A stretch of DNA of 64,000 bases from Tubiluchus corallicola (lineage: Eukaryota > Animalia > Priapulida), in the NCBI GenBank assembly GCA_030141605.1, contig JAQGDQ010000536.1:85216-149215 (forward strand), in the 5' to 3' direction. Position numbers and translations under genes: made by a program. Shown here in pieces: positions 13,100 to 27,515 of this stretch (position 1 is its first letter; each line of letters starts with the position of its first letter). The notes beneath the pieces were generated by a model. The model saw nothing but the letters and a program-made list of their open reading frames with translations, was not told where the DNA came from and did no database searches.

Positions 13100-13561
13100 T
13101 AAAAGTTTGCAATTCTTTCTAATATTTGAATAATTAGCTTGGAAAGTTAGTTAACGGCAACCGAACAAGCCATCGCTTACGTCACAAACTAAGCACCGTT
13201 TGTGCAATGGTAGGCATCTTCACCGTGCGTCAATTGCGTAACCGCAGATTGCTACAAAACTCTTGTTTGTTGTCACAAAAATGAGCTCTACGTCACACTG
13301 ACGTCACAGACAAACACTGCAGTTCATGATCGTGCTTATCATGGTACCGCACCTCTTTGTCGGCCACACGAATGTGACGAAAAGGCGCCATTGCCAGTCA
13401 TAGTGGATTCGGTGAGCCGCGCGTAGCTTCGAAAGTTTAACAAAATTTAACTGTCCGAGGTAATTATCTAAGCTTTGATTTAAAAAAAGCTCTTGTAGTT
13501 TTCGATATTTTAGAGCATACTTTATTTTGAACTGATGTTTACACAATCGTCCGGTTTTCCT
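13100..13561. mobile_element. MITE family 1, copy truncated at the left end
   Basis: Shares internal sequence and the right end CAATCGTCCGGTTTTCCT|ttaa. A further terminal fragment lies at about 26365-26410 in reverse orientation. Confidence 0.8.
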
Positions 13562-13957
13562 TTAAGTATTAAAAACTTTATATTTATGTTTGTTTGTTTT
13601 TTGTTTATAAGTTTTGACAGAAAATCAGACATAAATGCGGCATTTGGAGTCACTATAAATCTTTGAAAAGTAAAGTAGCCATTTCTCTACGGTGTTATGA
13701 TCTATAAAAACTCGGTTAACACGTGTTGGAAATTCCACAAGCTTGTTTTACTGAGACACAGGAAGAGAAAGATGACTGCAATGGATGCTGTACATAAGCC
13801 AAATGTTTCTCTTTAGACCCCAACTGTTACTCAGGAGGTTTACTCAACTGTTGTGAGTTTTCACGGGGCGTATTTTCTTTTGCAACGTTGCTTTTTACTA
13901 TCACGAATGTTTGGAAGACATAATTTAGAAACTTATTAAGAGCAAACAAAAACGCAC

Positions 13958-14615
13958 TTGACAAAAGCAAAATGAGCTTGACACAAGTCTAATGAGCTTG
14001 ACAAAAGTCAAATGAGCTTGACACAAGTCTAATGAGCTTGACAAAAGTCAAATGAGCTTGACAAACGTCAAATGAGCTTGACAAAAGTCAAATGAGCTTG
14101 ACAAAAGTAAAACGAGCCTGACAAAAGTCAAATGACCTTGTCAAAAGTAAAACGAGCTTGACAAAAGTCAAATGAGCATGACAAAAGTAAAACGAGCTTG
14201 ACAAAAGTCAAATGAGCTTGACAAAATTAAAACAAGCTTGACAAAAGTAAAATGAGCTCGACACAAGTCAAATTATCTTGATAAAAGTCAAATGAGCTTG
14301 ATAAAAGTCAAATGAGCTTGACGAAAGTCAAACGAGCTTGACAAAAGTAAAACGAGCTTGACAAAACTCAAATGACCTTGTCAAAAGTAAAACGAGCTTG
14401 ACAAAAGTCAAAAGAGCCTAACAAAAGTAAAACGAGCTTGACAAAAGTCAAATGAGCTTGTCAAAAGTAAAACGAGCTTGACAAAAGTCAAATGAGCTTG
14501 ACAAAAGTAAGACGAGCTTGACAAAAGTCAAATGAGCTTGACAAAAGTAAAACGAGCTTGACAAAAGTCAAATGAGCTTGACTAAAGTAAAACGAGCTTG
14601 ACAAATGTCAAACGA
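13958..14615. repeat. 20-bp minisatellite
   Basis: (GACAAAAGTCAAATGAGCTT)n alternating with a GTAAAACGAG variant, about 32 copies. Confidence 0.95.
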
Positions 14616-15130
14616 ACTTTAACAATTAGCTCAGACTTGTTGATTTTTGTTTCGACATGTATAACAGGATTCCCTGTAGTGAGTTCGACTTTCTGCACAA
14701 TTGGAAAACAATTGTTTGGGCTAAATTGTTTAAAATGTTCACTAAAAGTAAGCATATTAGTCGAATGAGCAAACAAAAGAATGATTGAATGAATGAATGA
14801 GTAAATGAATGACCGAATGAATAAATGAATAAAGAAACGAATGCGTGTGTGCAAAAATGTATGTATAAATGAAAAAATAAATGAACGAACGAACGAATGA
14901 ACGAATCACTGAACGAACAAACGAACGAAAGAAGTAATGAATGAATGAATAAATGAATGAATGAATGAATGAATGAATGAATGAATGAATGAATGAATGA
15001 ATGAATGAATGAATGAATGAATGAATTGTGAAAAGTAATCAATACAAAGCAAAAAATAATGAAAAGTAATCATTGAATGCAAGACATTGTTCAACAAGTT
15101 GTAAAAATCATATAAACAAGTACGACATAC

Positions 15131-15248
15131 CTTAATTCCACTCTTGGATACAGATTCTTTACTGGAAAAATTACAAACTATGAAAGCTAGCAGATACGTT
15201 GACATTTTTAAGGTTTTTTCGTATTTGTCTGCCACCCAGCCATCTGGC
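15131..15248 (-). CDS. M1 aminopeptidase coding exon 3
   Basis: Encodes PDGWVADKYEKTLKMSTYLLAFIVCNF...SGIK (MSTYLLA motif). Acceptor ctacag, donor AAG|gtatgt. 118 nt, phase 2 to 0. Confidence 0.95.
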
Positions 15249-15399
15249 CTGTAGAAAATAATTCAAGTGAAGCCAATTCGAATGATATTAAGCCTAATAC
15301 ATGGAACTCAAACAAAGTCCAACTAAACTGATTGTATATAAATAGATAAATAGTTAAATGTATACAAGACTGGAATTCTTTCCCTGTTAATACACGAGC

Positions 15400-15751
15400 A
15401 GGTTAAATATTGTCATAGGTTAAGTCAGAGGTTAAATATTGTCATAGGTTAAGTCAGAGGTTAAATATTGTCATAGGTTAAGTCAGAGGTTAAATATTGT
15501 CATAGGTTAAGTCAGAAGTTAAATATTGTCATAGGTTAAGTCAGAGGTCAAGTCAGAGGTTAAATATTGTCAGAGGTTAAGTCAGAGGTCAAGTCAGAGG
15601 TTAAATATTGTCAGAGGTTAAGTCAGAGGTCAAGTCAGAGGTTAAATATTGTCAGAGGTTAAGTCAGAGGTCAAGTCAGAGGTTAAATATTGTCAGCGGT
15701 CAAGTCAGAGGTCAAGTCAGAGGTCAAGTCAGAGGTTAAATATTGTCATAG
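15400..15751. repeat. 29/40-bp minisatellite built from 11-bp subunits
   Basis: GGTTAAATATTGTCATAGGTTAAGTCAGA units with added GGTCAAGTCAGA. Confidence 0.9.
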
Positions 15752-16328
15752 TATAGTGTCATAGTACTTGACAACAAATTTATGTTGTACTTGCTTTGGA
15801 TCATTGAATTTATTTTGGATATTTTCCATATTTATAGATTAACTTAGCAATACAACTACAATTGAAGTTCACTGCAAAAACATTGAACTGATCATGCTTT
15901 TCTGCAAATACTTGAAGTTTAAGGACAGAACCAGAGCTCCCGTGATGTTGCAGAAGGCTGAACACTCATCATGTCAGCACTGGCCTCGAAACCATGAATA
16001 AACAAAAATTGTAGACATCGTTATTGCTACACGGTAAAAAAATTTTGAGATACAAAATCAAAAAGTTTAATTTACGCAGTCAGAACATTTTACATCAACG
16101 TTGTTGTTATGTGATGTTTACTGCATTGTTTACATGAAGTATGGCATCATCACTCTCACTTTGGCTGTAGTTCCGAGACAGCAAGCAGTTGCAGAACAGC
16201 GTGATCAGACACATTTACTTGTAGTAATCAAAAACATCACCAATATTCTTAGCTTGTCTGCTTAACTAAAAGACTAATTAAGAGGACTTAATTAAGAGAC
16301 TAACTAAAAGATGTAGTATTTAGTGAAC

Positions 16329-16712
16329 CAGGGCCGGTTTATCCTATATGCTGTTATAGGCTGCAGCCTAGGACCCCTCAAGCTTTTGGGGCCCTCAAGC
16401 TTTAGGAACATTTGGTAAAAAGTCTGTTTTTTCACCACGGTTGTGTTGAAATGCGTGCTATTCTGGTTTGCCATAAACAGTAAGACGGCGGTATTTCTTA
16501 AAGAACATTTTCACTGACAAACAAAAGATAGCTGTTGTAGTTTATTTAAAGAATTTGCAATAAGTTTACTTTAAGCCATGTAAACGTGGCTAAAATGTTA
16601 TCACGAGTAAAAAAGTTTCAAGATCCGCGTTCGCGAATTAGAATGTGGCTCTGTCTAATGGAGGGAGGCATAATTTCACTAGTCTAGGGACCCAAAAGGT
16701 CATAATTCGGCG
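16329..16712. mobile_element. hAT-like MITE, degraded
   Basis: Left end CAGGGCCGGTTTAT, right end ...CTAGGGACCCAAAAGGTCATAATTCGGC. Confidence 0.45.
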
Positions 16713-16859
16713 AGAGTAGATCTTAGGTACTTTTGCGACCTGATGGTATAACCATCCACTCAAAGTAATTTTACAGGCGTTTTCATGAGGCTTGAATATA
16801 GCAGCTTTTCAAACCGGTCTCGCAGGTCACGTCTTAACCCTTTTACGTAAAGCTTAAAA

Positions 16860-17448
16860 AATTCTCTTTTCGTATGCATGGCTTGCAATGGCCGTAACGC
16901 TGTATAAAACGTGTAAATTTAAACTCCCGCGATAACCGTTAGGCGCAGCCATGGTAGGTCGTTTGAAACAAGTTTTGATATCATTAAGTAAAGTTTGAAA
17001 AAATAATCAGAGCATTCGTAGCATACATGTTGCTAACTAAGTAAAATTTTAAATTACTGTATTTTGTCAATAAGGTTAAAAATACGTTTTTGGTTAGTGA
17101 GTGGCGCACCCTGGAGGGTGAGTCAGCAACATTTTACCAATTGGCACAAACATCTTAAAATTATTATTTCTAGTTACACAAGTCTTTACAGCAGGTAAGC
17201 GAAATGCTAAGTAAGCATGGAAAGTTCTTTGGGACATAATTTAACATTCCCTTTTCTTCCCCTGATTTACGTTTGCGTAGTGACGTCATGTGATGGTGCC
17301 GACAGAACAGTATTGCGGGAGATTTAAAATGAAAACAAATTAAAATAACGCCAGTACGATATGTGCATAAAATTGCTGTAAAGTAGTGTAATTTTTAAGG
17401 TGATTTTTCTGAAACCTACTCTCAGGCACCCCCTTTTCTTGTCCTTTA
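16860..17448. mobile_element. Dispersed repeat family 2 copy, ending under 40 nt from the exon 2 donor
   Basis: Same internal blocks and terminal cttgtcctttaa as 11290-11800. Confidence 0.75.
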
Positions 17449-17484
17449 AATCGTAATCTATGAAGGCTTACAAATCTTATTTAC

Positions 17485-17640
17485 CTTCGTATTTTGGTCT
17501 CAATTTCTGTATTAGACAGAGACAACATGTCATGTCGTCTCACAAGAGTCACAGTGAACGTGGCTTTGAACTTTGGCTCGTCAAAACATGGAAATGCTTT
17601 CCGTGCATCTGTCGGCTGGAATTGCGTGGTTGCCAAATAT
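17485..17640 (-). CDS. M1 aminopeptidase coding exon 2
   Basis: Encodes [28 protein letters not shown] (M1 [11 protein letters not shown] motif). Acceptor ttacag, donor AG|gtaaat. 156 nt, phase 2 to 2, joins exon 1. Confidence 0.95.
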
Positions 17641-18471
17641 CTGTAAGAAAACATAATACAGATGTCAGTTTCCGAAATGAAAGTGTTCGACTGAAAACAA
17701 CAGCTGAGCATTTTGAAATACTGAGATGTCAAGTTAACGTCCTCGGGCTGTAGAATTATAAATAATAATGTAAAATTTTTGAAATTTAAGACGTGACACA
17801 TGTAAACCGTTTGAGGATGAGGACATTTGGGCTGCATAGATTAAAAACAGGATGATTTTTCACGTCCGATTTTGAAAAACTGTAAAACGTATCCATTTAA
17901 GACCTGTAACTAGAGTTGTGGTAGTTAAATAATAGACAAAGCGCTTCTGGTAGTTAAACAATAGATTAAAAACTTAAAGCATAACTGGACCAGGCGAGCA
18001 TAACTAGTGATGCCCTCACAACTGAACATATTTTGCAGCAGCACAAACATTCCGTGAGCGTGTTGCACGTGTTTGCGCAAGCGAAAATTGAAGTAGCACA
18101 ACATTCAGTGTGACATACAAAAATTCGGCAAATGTTAAGTTCAGAGTTAAATATCAAGTTTACTGCTGTGCTCACACATGAGCTCTCGAATGTGTGCACA
18201 ACGTCACAAGTGAACACCTTTGAAATGAGAGGTACAGTACCTGTTTTGTGCAACGTGTTTCCGAGATGCAGGGCTAAGGCCCGTCTAACTAGCAAGTGGT
18301 AAAATGCATGTAACAGCGAAGAAGTAGTGGCGCGATAGTGAAATTGCGTTTATATGGTAATATTTCATTCTCATGACCCATTCTTGAAAAGATATTAGGT
18401 TCCCTTTCAATATGTTATAGGTTAGAGGTTAGACTGTTTCGTGATATAACTTAAGATGGGGTTTCCTTTAA

Positions 18472-19008
18472 AGGAAGACCGGACGATTGTTTAGACTCAA
18501 TCTCATTTCAATTTACTGTCCAAAATATACATTTTCTTGCCTATGAAAGTTAACAATTATTCTATATTTGAATAATTGGCTTAGAAATTTAATTAACGGC
18601 ACAGCTATTGCTTACGTCAGAAACTAACCTCAGCTTGTGCAATGGCAGGCGTCTTCTCTTGCGCGTCAAGCGCATTCGCGTAAGTGTTACAGTACTGCTT
18701 AAACGCATGATGTCACGTAAAATGGGCTTCACATCATATGACGTCAGAAACTAACGTCATTTCATGATCATTCTTATCACGATACTGCCTTCTATTTGTC
18801 AGCCACGTAAATGTGACAAAAAAGCGCCGCTGCCAATCTTAGTAGATTTACTGAGCCGCGCGTAGCTTTGAAAGTTTAACGAAATTTGTGTATCCGAGGT
18901 AATTATTATTTAATCTAAGCTTTGATTTACAAAAAGCTATTGTAGTTTTAAATGTTTTAGAGCATTTTTTATTCTGAACTCCTGTTTACACATTTATCTG
19001 GTTTTCCT
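18472..19008. mobile_element. Non-autonomous DNA transposon (MITE family 1), TTAA target, Kolobok-like termini
   Basis: ttaa|AGGAAGACCGGACGATTGTTTAGAC ... GTTTACACATTTATCTGGTTTTCCT|ttaa. A near-identical copy lies at 46909-47454. Confidence 0.85.
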
Positions 19009-19730
19009 TTAAACTATAAAATACAAAGTTGAGGAAATTATAGTGAAAAATAATCGACACGTCCACATTCCTCTTTTTTCACAAACTGGATATTCATTAC
19101 TAATGTGTAAAATATACAAAAATACAGTAAACGGAAGAGGTAACTATTAGCATAGAATAAACTGACGGAAACAAGAGAGAGAGAGAGTCACTGATTTGTT
19201 TAGCAACTGTCGTTAGTTCATTGCTGCTTATAAGTTCAGTGTTCAGTGTTCAGTAACTTCTGAGTTTCTGTTTATAAAGTGTGAAAAGAAGCCACAGGCG
19301 CGTTGACTAAACTTTCAAGATAAACAACTTTCTCGCAGGGTTTTTGTAGCATCTGGACGACTTGGCTTCATTGATGCAGTTTGCTTCACCTGGTTCAATA
19401 TGTCCTAATCCAAGCAATCCAAACGAGTACCAGTCTATGATACCGGTCTCTGGTATCGTCACAGAAGACAAATTAATCAAAATGGAACAAAATGCTAGGT
19501 CGACGGTTAACCCTCCCCCTCCCCCCCCATCATTGTTACGACAACTCTCAACTCAGAACACATAAAATTGAAACAAACTGCAATGTTGAAATCGAAATCT
19601 CAAAATTTTGAAACCTCCTGCTAGAAGGGACACGTTAAGCGTTAATCTTACATTCATAAGATAAGATAAACATATTTATTTTACAATGCGTAGAAACCGT
19701 AATATATATGTATGTCTGTATGTATGTATG

Positions 19731-19762
<32 letters not shown>

Positions 19763-20124
19763 TATATACATACAAAAAACGTATCCATTTAAGGCCTGTA
19801 ACAAGGGTTCTGGTAGTTAAATAATAGATTAAAAACTTAAAGCACAAAACTTAAAACTCAAATATATTTATTACTTCTTGAAGTAACAAGTATAAAATCG
19901 TCGCTCAAATCTAGTCTACGTAATTAGAAGTTCTGTCTTTCTTTTTTTTGTCATTGTAATGTAGTGCATTGTTCATGTAATCGTGTGAATTGTAAATCGT
20001 CCATAAATAAATTCAATTTGTAAATTTGTAATCAATAGTTCAAGTTACATAAATTATTGTTTAATAATTGCTCAGGCGACAAGATGGCTAAACAATGTGA
20101 TTTAATTTGTATTTAAAGTGAGAT

Positions 20125-20268
<144 letters not shown>

Positions 20269-22042
20269 GAGTTTATTTCGCATAAAAACAATAAAAATAT
20301 ACAGTTTACAAAGATAAAGATGTTAGTAAAACAGGTAATGCGATATTAATAAAGTAACATATCTACAGACATTCAACTTTATAATAACCACACATTGTAG
20401 TACCCTTGTAATTATATTGCAGTATACAGTATTGTAAGGAGCTATAATAGATATCTTAAAACATAATCTTTAAATGAGTTCTTAACCTTTAATTTTACAT
20501 TTTCGTTTAGATCTACAGTACAACCATATTTACATCTTAAATTTACTGGACTGTTATTTACATAGTAGCATAGCTTCGGAATTCTCAATGTGCAAGAGTT
20601 TACAATTTTTCTCACAAGTTTAATTTTCGACTATCTATTAAATAATTCGCAGGCATTGTGCCACAAAAATACATTAACAATTTGACGCTTTGTCTAAAAT
20701 CGAATATTTTTCTATAAGCAGTGTTCCATTTTACCCTAACGGCATTAACTTCATTGTTTGATATACCCGTATAACAAAATGGGTAGACAATATGTATTGA
20801 TCAGAGTTTTAGCTACTATGTCATTACGGTTATGACCCATACACATATATATATATATATATGAATTTATGTATGTATGTATGTACTATATATACTAATA
20901 TATAGTTCTGTAATATTGAACTGCAGACGTCACCTCGCCCACAAGGGTTAAAACCACCCAGGTTGGTTCGGTACCAACACATGAGGAGAGGCTAAGCAGT
21001 CTATAACTCTTCTGACGTCCATCTACGAAACAACACAATTTTGTGTGAGAAAAACGATACATTTAATAGCAAATTACATGAAGTAGATTCAAAAATAATG
21101 ATGAAATAGAGTTTACACCGTCGCGGATTAATCTAACTGGACCAGTGAATGTAAGATAACATTTAACGTGTCCCTGTAACAGGGGCGTAGGTTTCAAAAT
21201 TTTGTGGTTTCATTTTCCACATTGCAGTCGACTGTTCCCAAACTGATGTAATCACTAATCTGGTAAACATTCGGAGTTTTTTTTTTCAGTCTGGCACATC
21301 CAGGCAGAGTGCAAAGCTCTCGCTAGTGCGCTTATACATGCTGTGCATGAAGACTCGCGGCTGAGTTAATAATATTGGCTCAATAGTCACACAGCTGCAC
21401 GTGGCAGAAATTGCAAAGCGATTTGAGTTACGCAATCTCGTAAGCAAAAGCTGTGAATGAAAGACGTTTGTCCATTAGAGCATCTTAAGAAGCAGTAAAA
21501 AGCAGAAGTACTTGCAGCTGTCATAACCTCTGCACTGACCAAGACAATGAGTTGCGCGCCGGAGGTGCTAGGGTCATCCAAGAAAAAGAGTTTCCTTAAA
21601 TTAGCTTCATCTCGGTAGAGGCATTTGTAAAAGAGACGATTTGTCATCGTGCAGCCAGATTTTTTTATTTCTAAAGAGTTATAAATCCCCCCCCAAGACT
21701 CCGCCAAGCGCCACTCGACGTTTTTCTATTTCACAGAATCTACAGGGTGGTCGTGCAATCAGCAAAAAACAGCCACTCTTAAGGTTTTAGGGGAAGGAAC
21801 AACTTGCAGAAAAAACGACGTAGCAGCATTAATGTGGATGTTTTTCACAAGCATCTCTGCCGAGATGAAGGGCTGCGGATTAATTTCGTGGTGTGTTTCT
21901 TCTGAACTACTCTGTGTAACTAAGAATCTGTGATATATTACAGTAATGTGGATTTAAGTAAACTTTTAGTTTTTAAAACTGTGACCGTTTCCCCCCCTAA
22001 CTTTACTTCTTTTGTATAAACAATTGTCTTTACTTATTATAC

Positions 22043-22283
<241 letters not shown>

Positions 22284-22429
22284 AAGTAACCATACATATA
22301 TTATTAAGTAAATAAATAAATAAATATTAAAATAAAGAATCGTGACTCACTTAAAGCACAAAAAAATCCTACAATTACATCAAGCTTCAAAAATTCGCCT
22401 TGAAATTTTGTACCACTTACATACTACCT

Positions 22430-22912
22430 TTTTGTAAGCAGGGCTTGCGTCTGCAATAACGCTGTATATGGCGGGTAAATTTACAATCCCGCAATGACCG
22501 TTAGACACAGCCATTTTGATGATAAGTCATGTGAAACAAGTTTAGATGACATTACTTGAAGTATTAAAAAATAATCAGAGCATTCGTAGCACACATGTCA
22601 CTAACAAAGTAAAATTTTCAATTACTGTATCTCGTCAATAAGATTAAAAATACGTTTCTTTGTTGTGAGCGCAGGAGATGAGTCAACGAAACCTTACAAT
22701 TTCGTGAAAACATTTTAAATAGGATTTGCGTTGTGCGTATATGACGTCATGTAATGGCGCCGTCGCAACAGTATTGCGGGAGATTTAAAATGAAAACAAA
22801 CAAAAAATCCTCTTAACGCGAGTACGATACATTCATAAATTTGCTATAAAGTAACACAATTCTTTAAGGTGATTTTTCTGAAACCTACTTCATTTATCCC
22901 TTTTCTTGCCCT
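22430..22912. mobile_element. Dispersed repeat family 2 copy
   Basis: Same internal blocks as the other two copies, with a degraded terminus. Confidence 0.7.
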
Positions 22913-23599
22913 TCATTATAAAAGTGATTATACTTTTTATCTAAAATTTATTACTACTGGATAAATTAGCTGTATACGTAAGACATCTATTAATTTTACA
23001 CCTTTGTACATGTATTTCGCCAATTTTTCTTTTTTTAATATTTTAATGAATTTAATATATAGCGGCTTCTATTGTAAATATCTATTATAGACCCTTTATT
23101 AGAACACCCCACAGTTTCCTGTATGCAGCTAAAATTTTCAACTCCTGTGATGCTATCATTAACTTTGGACTCACCTCTTATTGTACATATGTAGTAGTTT
23201 TTATTTAGAATAAAATGCATCTTATCTTATCGTATCGTATCGTATCTCATCTCATCTCATCTCATTCCATCTTATCTTAAACCCTAAAGTTGTCAAGTCT
23301 AAAATCCTTCATTATTTGTACATTGCTGGTGACGCCTGAATAAAATAAACAGTTGTTGTCACAGTACCCATGCGAGGCAAGTAATCAATTTCCACCAATA
23401 AAGCCTTTGATCATGCAAATCTTGTAACATTAACACACTAAACTGGCTTCCCCTATCTGATTGAACAATAATGACATCTCGAAGCCCCTGTAAATCTATC
23501 AGTATATGCATACGTAAGAGGGATGACCAGCGAACGCTAAAGATGTCTACACTTTAGCTGACGGCATAGAAAGATTGAATTTGTAGGGAGCTTGAAGTA

Positions 23600-23880
23600 T
23601 ATTAGACTGAAGTTAGTGTAGACTGTTGTAGACTGGTTCTCATTGGTGGTTGATACAAAGAATGTGAAATCGTGTTGAACTGTGAGAGATTGAAGTTAGT
23701 GTAGACTGTTGTAGACTGGTTCTCATTGGTGGTTGATACAAAGAATGTGAAATCGTGTTGAACTGTGAGAGATTGAAGTTAGTGTAGACTGTTGTAGACT
23801 GGTTCACTCTGGTGGTTGATACAAAGAATGTGAAATCGTGTTGAACTGTGAGAGACTGAAGATAGTGTAGACTGGTTCAC
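23600..23880. repeat. 79-bp tandem repeat, about 3.5 copies
   Basis: Unit gaagttagtgtagactgttgtagactggttc...gtgttgaactgtgagaga. Confidence 0.9.
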
Positions 23881-24099
23881 ATGAAATAGACGTTTCTCCG
23901 TGAAAACCGTCTATTTCTGCTTCCTGAGTTGCAATCAAATCCCACATTTCGCCCAATTGTACAACGTTCATGAAGATACTAGTTACACATGCATTGAACA
24001 GTCGTCGCAGCCTTGTTTTGCAGGATATTTTTTGAGAATCATAAATAATAGTGGCATATCAAGAAAAATCCATGGTCCTAATTACATCCTATTACTATG

Positions 24100-24410
24100 G
24101 TTATTATTATATGGACAATAACGGTTAAGCAGCAGAAGGAAATTGATATTTTTCAAAGACGTCTCCGTAGGAAATTACTAGGAATTAAAGGCCTGACAGA
24201 ATATCCAACGATGATCTGTATAATGTGGTCAAGAAGAATCCTTGAAGTAAACAAATACAAGTAAGAAGATTGCATTGGATTGGGCATACACTAAGAGTAC
24301 TTTAAGAATCTCCTCCTCCTATAGCATTACATAAAACTCTTGAAACGATAAAAAGCCGAGAGGAGGTCAGGTACTGATGTATAGATTTATCAAATAGATT
24401 TGAGGGATGA
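24100..24410 (+). mobile_element. RTE-type LINE 3' fragment
   Basis: Degenerate frame LRRKLLGIK..DRISNDDLY...QIQVRRLHWIGHTLR. Confidence 0.65.
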
Positions 24411-24456
24411 TGCACAATGGGTGGTGGCACCAACACGTGGGACGTGCCTTGCTTTT

Positions 24457-25120
24457 TTAACGTAGCAGCACCGAAACGGCGACGACAATTCTCTTCTTCA
24501 AAATCTCATTCCACCTATTGTTGACGGAGGAATCAACATTTATAAGAGTATTCCACCTACTTTTATCTGCAGCTAACATAGCAAGTTCTTCTACTCCTAA
24601 AGATAGATTTGGTTGACGTTGTTGAACGTTTTTATTTATCTTAGCTATCCAAGTTGTTTTTAGTTTGCCAGGTGATTTTTTGGAAGGTTTTAAGGCTTCC
24701 TTTAAGATTCTTACTAGTACTTCAGTTGGTAATCTTAGAATGTTCATTTTGTTCTGGTGTATACATCTTCATTTTTGATTATGTATGGCCATCTTATCTT
24801 TAAAACTTTCCTTAGTAGACTTCTATGAAATGTGTCAATCTGCTTTTCTTGAATAATCGTTAAACCCCAAGTTTCTCTGTTGTACAATAATATGTTGGTA
24901 ACGTAAGCATTAAATAATGGAAGTCTTATGTTAAGGCTTGATTTCTTGCTAGTTATACATTCTTGTGTTGAAGAAAAGCATGCATTGCTTGTTGCTTTCT
25001 ACTTTTAATATCACCTTCGGTTTAGAAAAGTGCCCATGTACTTGCAGTCCCTTCCCTTGCAATAATATATTCTTCTGTTTTTGACTGGTTTACTTGAAGA
25101 TTTCTTTTCTCTAGTTTTTT
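24457..25120 (-). mobile_element. RTE-type LINE 3' fragment, convergent with the previous one
   Basis: Frame ILRLPTEVLVRILKEALKPSKKSPGKLKTTW...AADKSRW, with degenerate LLYNRETWGLT upstream. Confidence 0.6.
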
Positions 25121-25326
25121 TTTGGAAATTCCTTTTTCATGGAACGCCATTTTTCGCTGGTTGCGTCATTCTGCATTGCCATGACGATAACTAAACGTCA
25201 TTGCATTCTTCTGTTGGGAGGGTTTGCTGGATAACGAACATAAACCACAGTCTGCTTCCTACCAGCTACATACAAAATTAGAAAAGTGCCGTTAATATTG
25301 GCTCACTAACGTGTTCGTTGTACAAG

Positions 25327-25336
25327 ATGAAATCAG
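25327..25336 (+). CDS. Putative first coding exon of nested orphan gene (M-K-S-E)
   Basis: aagATG AAA TCA G|GTAAGT is a consensus donor and splices in frame to the acceptor before 26466. Confidence 0.4.
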
Positions 25337-25842
25337 GTAAGTGGTAAAATGCATAATCTACGCTATGTGCTGTTACAGCTAAACACATGAAATAGCGAGG
25401 ATCTAGGAATCAACATAACTGTTTATTGAGTGAAAATTTAACGCTAAGTCTTCTTACGGTGGGTCCTTCTCTTAGTATGCAAACTTTACCTGTGTAAACT
25501 AATTGTTTGCTGTAAGTGTAATCTTTTGTTTAATAATGTAATGACAAATGCACGTTACCTACAATGTACCAAATTTTTCATGCATACGCAGGAAAGCTGT
25601 GTTTAGTCTCAGCAGTAGGCTGTTTTTGAGTCAGAATATTGTTATTAATAACTTGCTGTACAATACTGATACAATTTTTCGGACATTTTTAAGTCGTGGG
25701 AAAGAATTTTATTTACTCATTTTAACTAACCCTTTCTTGTATATAAGCTTACTATGTTTCTGTAATCTAATTCTACGTTTTTACTTGTGCCATATTTTTA
25801 TTCTTGTTCTATGCACTGTAAATGTCTGAAATAAAATAAATG

Positions 25843-26095
<253 letters not shown>

Positions 26096-26465
26096 TAATT
26101 TTTGTTTGAATCTGATCTATATGGTACAAGTTTTCCTTCGTAAGGTACTTCTACTTGTATGCTGATAACTTAAATTTCACTCTTTTGATTTTCTAATGAC
26201 TTTTTATGCCTTGGTAAATGTACTGATTATTTCATGGCTTAATTTCTAACATTGATAATGACATTGGTGCCGATACGATCGGTTGGGCTCAATAAACAGC
26301 ACGTTCAAATATAAGAAACAATTGCTAACTTTTGTAGGCAAGAAAATGTATATTCTGGACAGTAGATTAAAATGAGATTGAGTCTAAACAATCGTCCGGT
26401 CCTCCTTTAAGTGGGTGATACCCCAGTACTGTAGTTTGCCGATTTAAACTTTTACACTTTTTCAG

Positions 26466-26995
26466 AAAATAAAATGGCGGGGGACGGCACCGTTTCTGCC
26501 TGTACCATTAATAAAGAAAAAACTGAACAATATGGTACCATGCTAGCCAGTGCTTCTATAACCAGCCCGGGACTTGTTTCATCAAAGAACAATGTTCTGG
26601 ATTTAGAGGTCCCAAGGGAAGTTCCGGGAAAACGTGCAGTACGACGACACCGTCTCTGCTACGAGGCGTACGCAAAGGGCAAGCAAACCTTTCTTAGCTT
26701 ACTGTACGAATCACCCAATGGTTCTAGAGTTTGGAAAAGAGAGGCATTCGTGCGACCGAGTAAAGTGGGAGCGGCTCTTTTGAAGCTTTTAGTTTTACTT
26801 CTTCTGTCATTAATGGCAGCCGTTACCGTAAGAATACGTTCCTTGGACTGTGGCTATGTAGATTATCAGCTGACGAGAGTTTATCCGTATTTACACTGCA
26901 AAATACCACCAAAGTCTCTCATGCAAATCACTATGGAACGGTTTTTCATCAACCTGTTTCCCTCAAGTACAACTTGGCAGGACGTCGTGATGTAA
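26466..26995 (+). CDS. Nested antisense gene in aminopeptidase intron 1: uncharacterised single-TM protein (173 aa, or 179 aa if spliced)
   Basis: Non-repetitive ORF with higher GC than its flanks. Acceptor ttttacactttttcag, start context aaaATGG, hydrophobic stretch VGAALLKLLVLLLLSLMAAVTV, and AATAAA signals just downstream. No family recognised. Confidence 0.55.
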
Positions 26996-27393
26996 ACGAA
27001 TTAGCAACAATAAACGAGTTACAAACGAATAAAAATGCTTAAAATTTTGAAAAAAATGTTTCTGTTATAGAAGTGTTTAAATTATGTGTGAAGTAAGCCA
27101 TTATGCAGTTTTGGAATGTTTTGGAATTGTGAATTTGCTGTAAATTTCAAGATCAGTGTTTAAAGAATAAAAACAAAATGTTTTCACTTGTGAAATCTTT
27201 CTTATTTTCACATGCCAAATTAAAAACGGTATTTGCTGTACCTACAATATTATTGTTATTTTTATTTATAATTAAAACATCACAACTCTGTTAAAACTTT
27301 TAATTTACGTTGTTAAAAAATCATGTCAAATGTTTCGACAAAGCTACTGCTTGTCGTCATCAGTGGTAAATCGGTTTAACAGGCGCCAAACAG

Positions 27394-27427
<34 letters not shown>

Positions 27428-27436
27428 GAGTGAGTG

Positions 27437-27515
<79 letters not shown>

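Noticed and set aside
13958-14615. CRISPR-like appearance of this and the other tandem arrays (30195, 32528, 56090)
   Set aside because: Head-to-tail units with no unique spacers, no cas genes, and a eukaryotic intron context.
19362-19850. Degenerate duplicate of exon 2, suggested by a ~75-bp duplication (17885-17985 vs 19776-19850)
   Set aside because: Only scattered short matches and no recognisable peptide. 19575-19655 instead matches 21145-21230 in reverse, which points to a dispersed repeat.
21387-21707. 106-aa minus-strand ORF as an extra exon or gene
   Set aside because: No recognisable motif or convincing splice sites; probably a decayed transposon.
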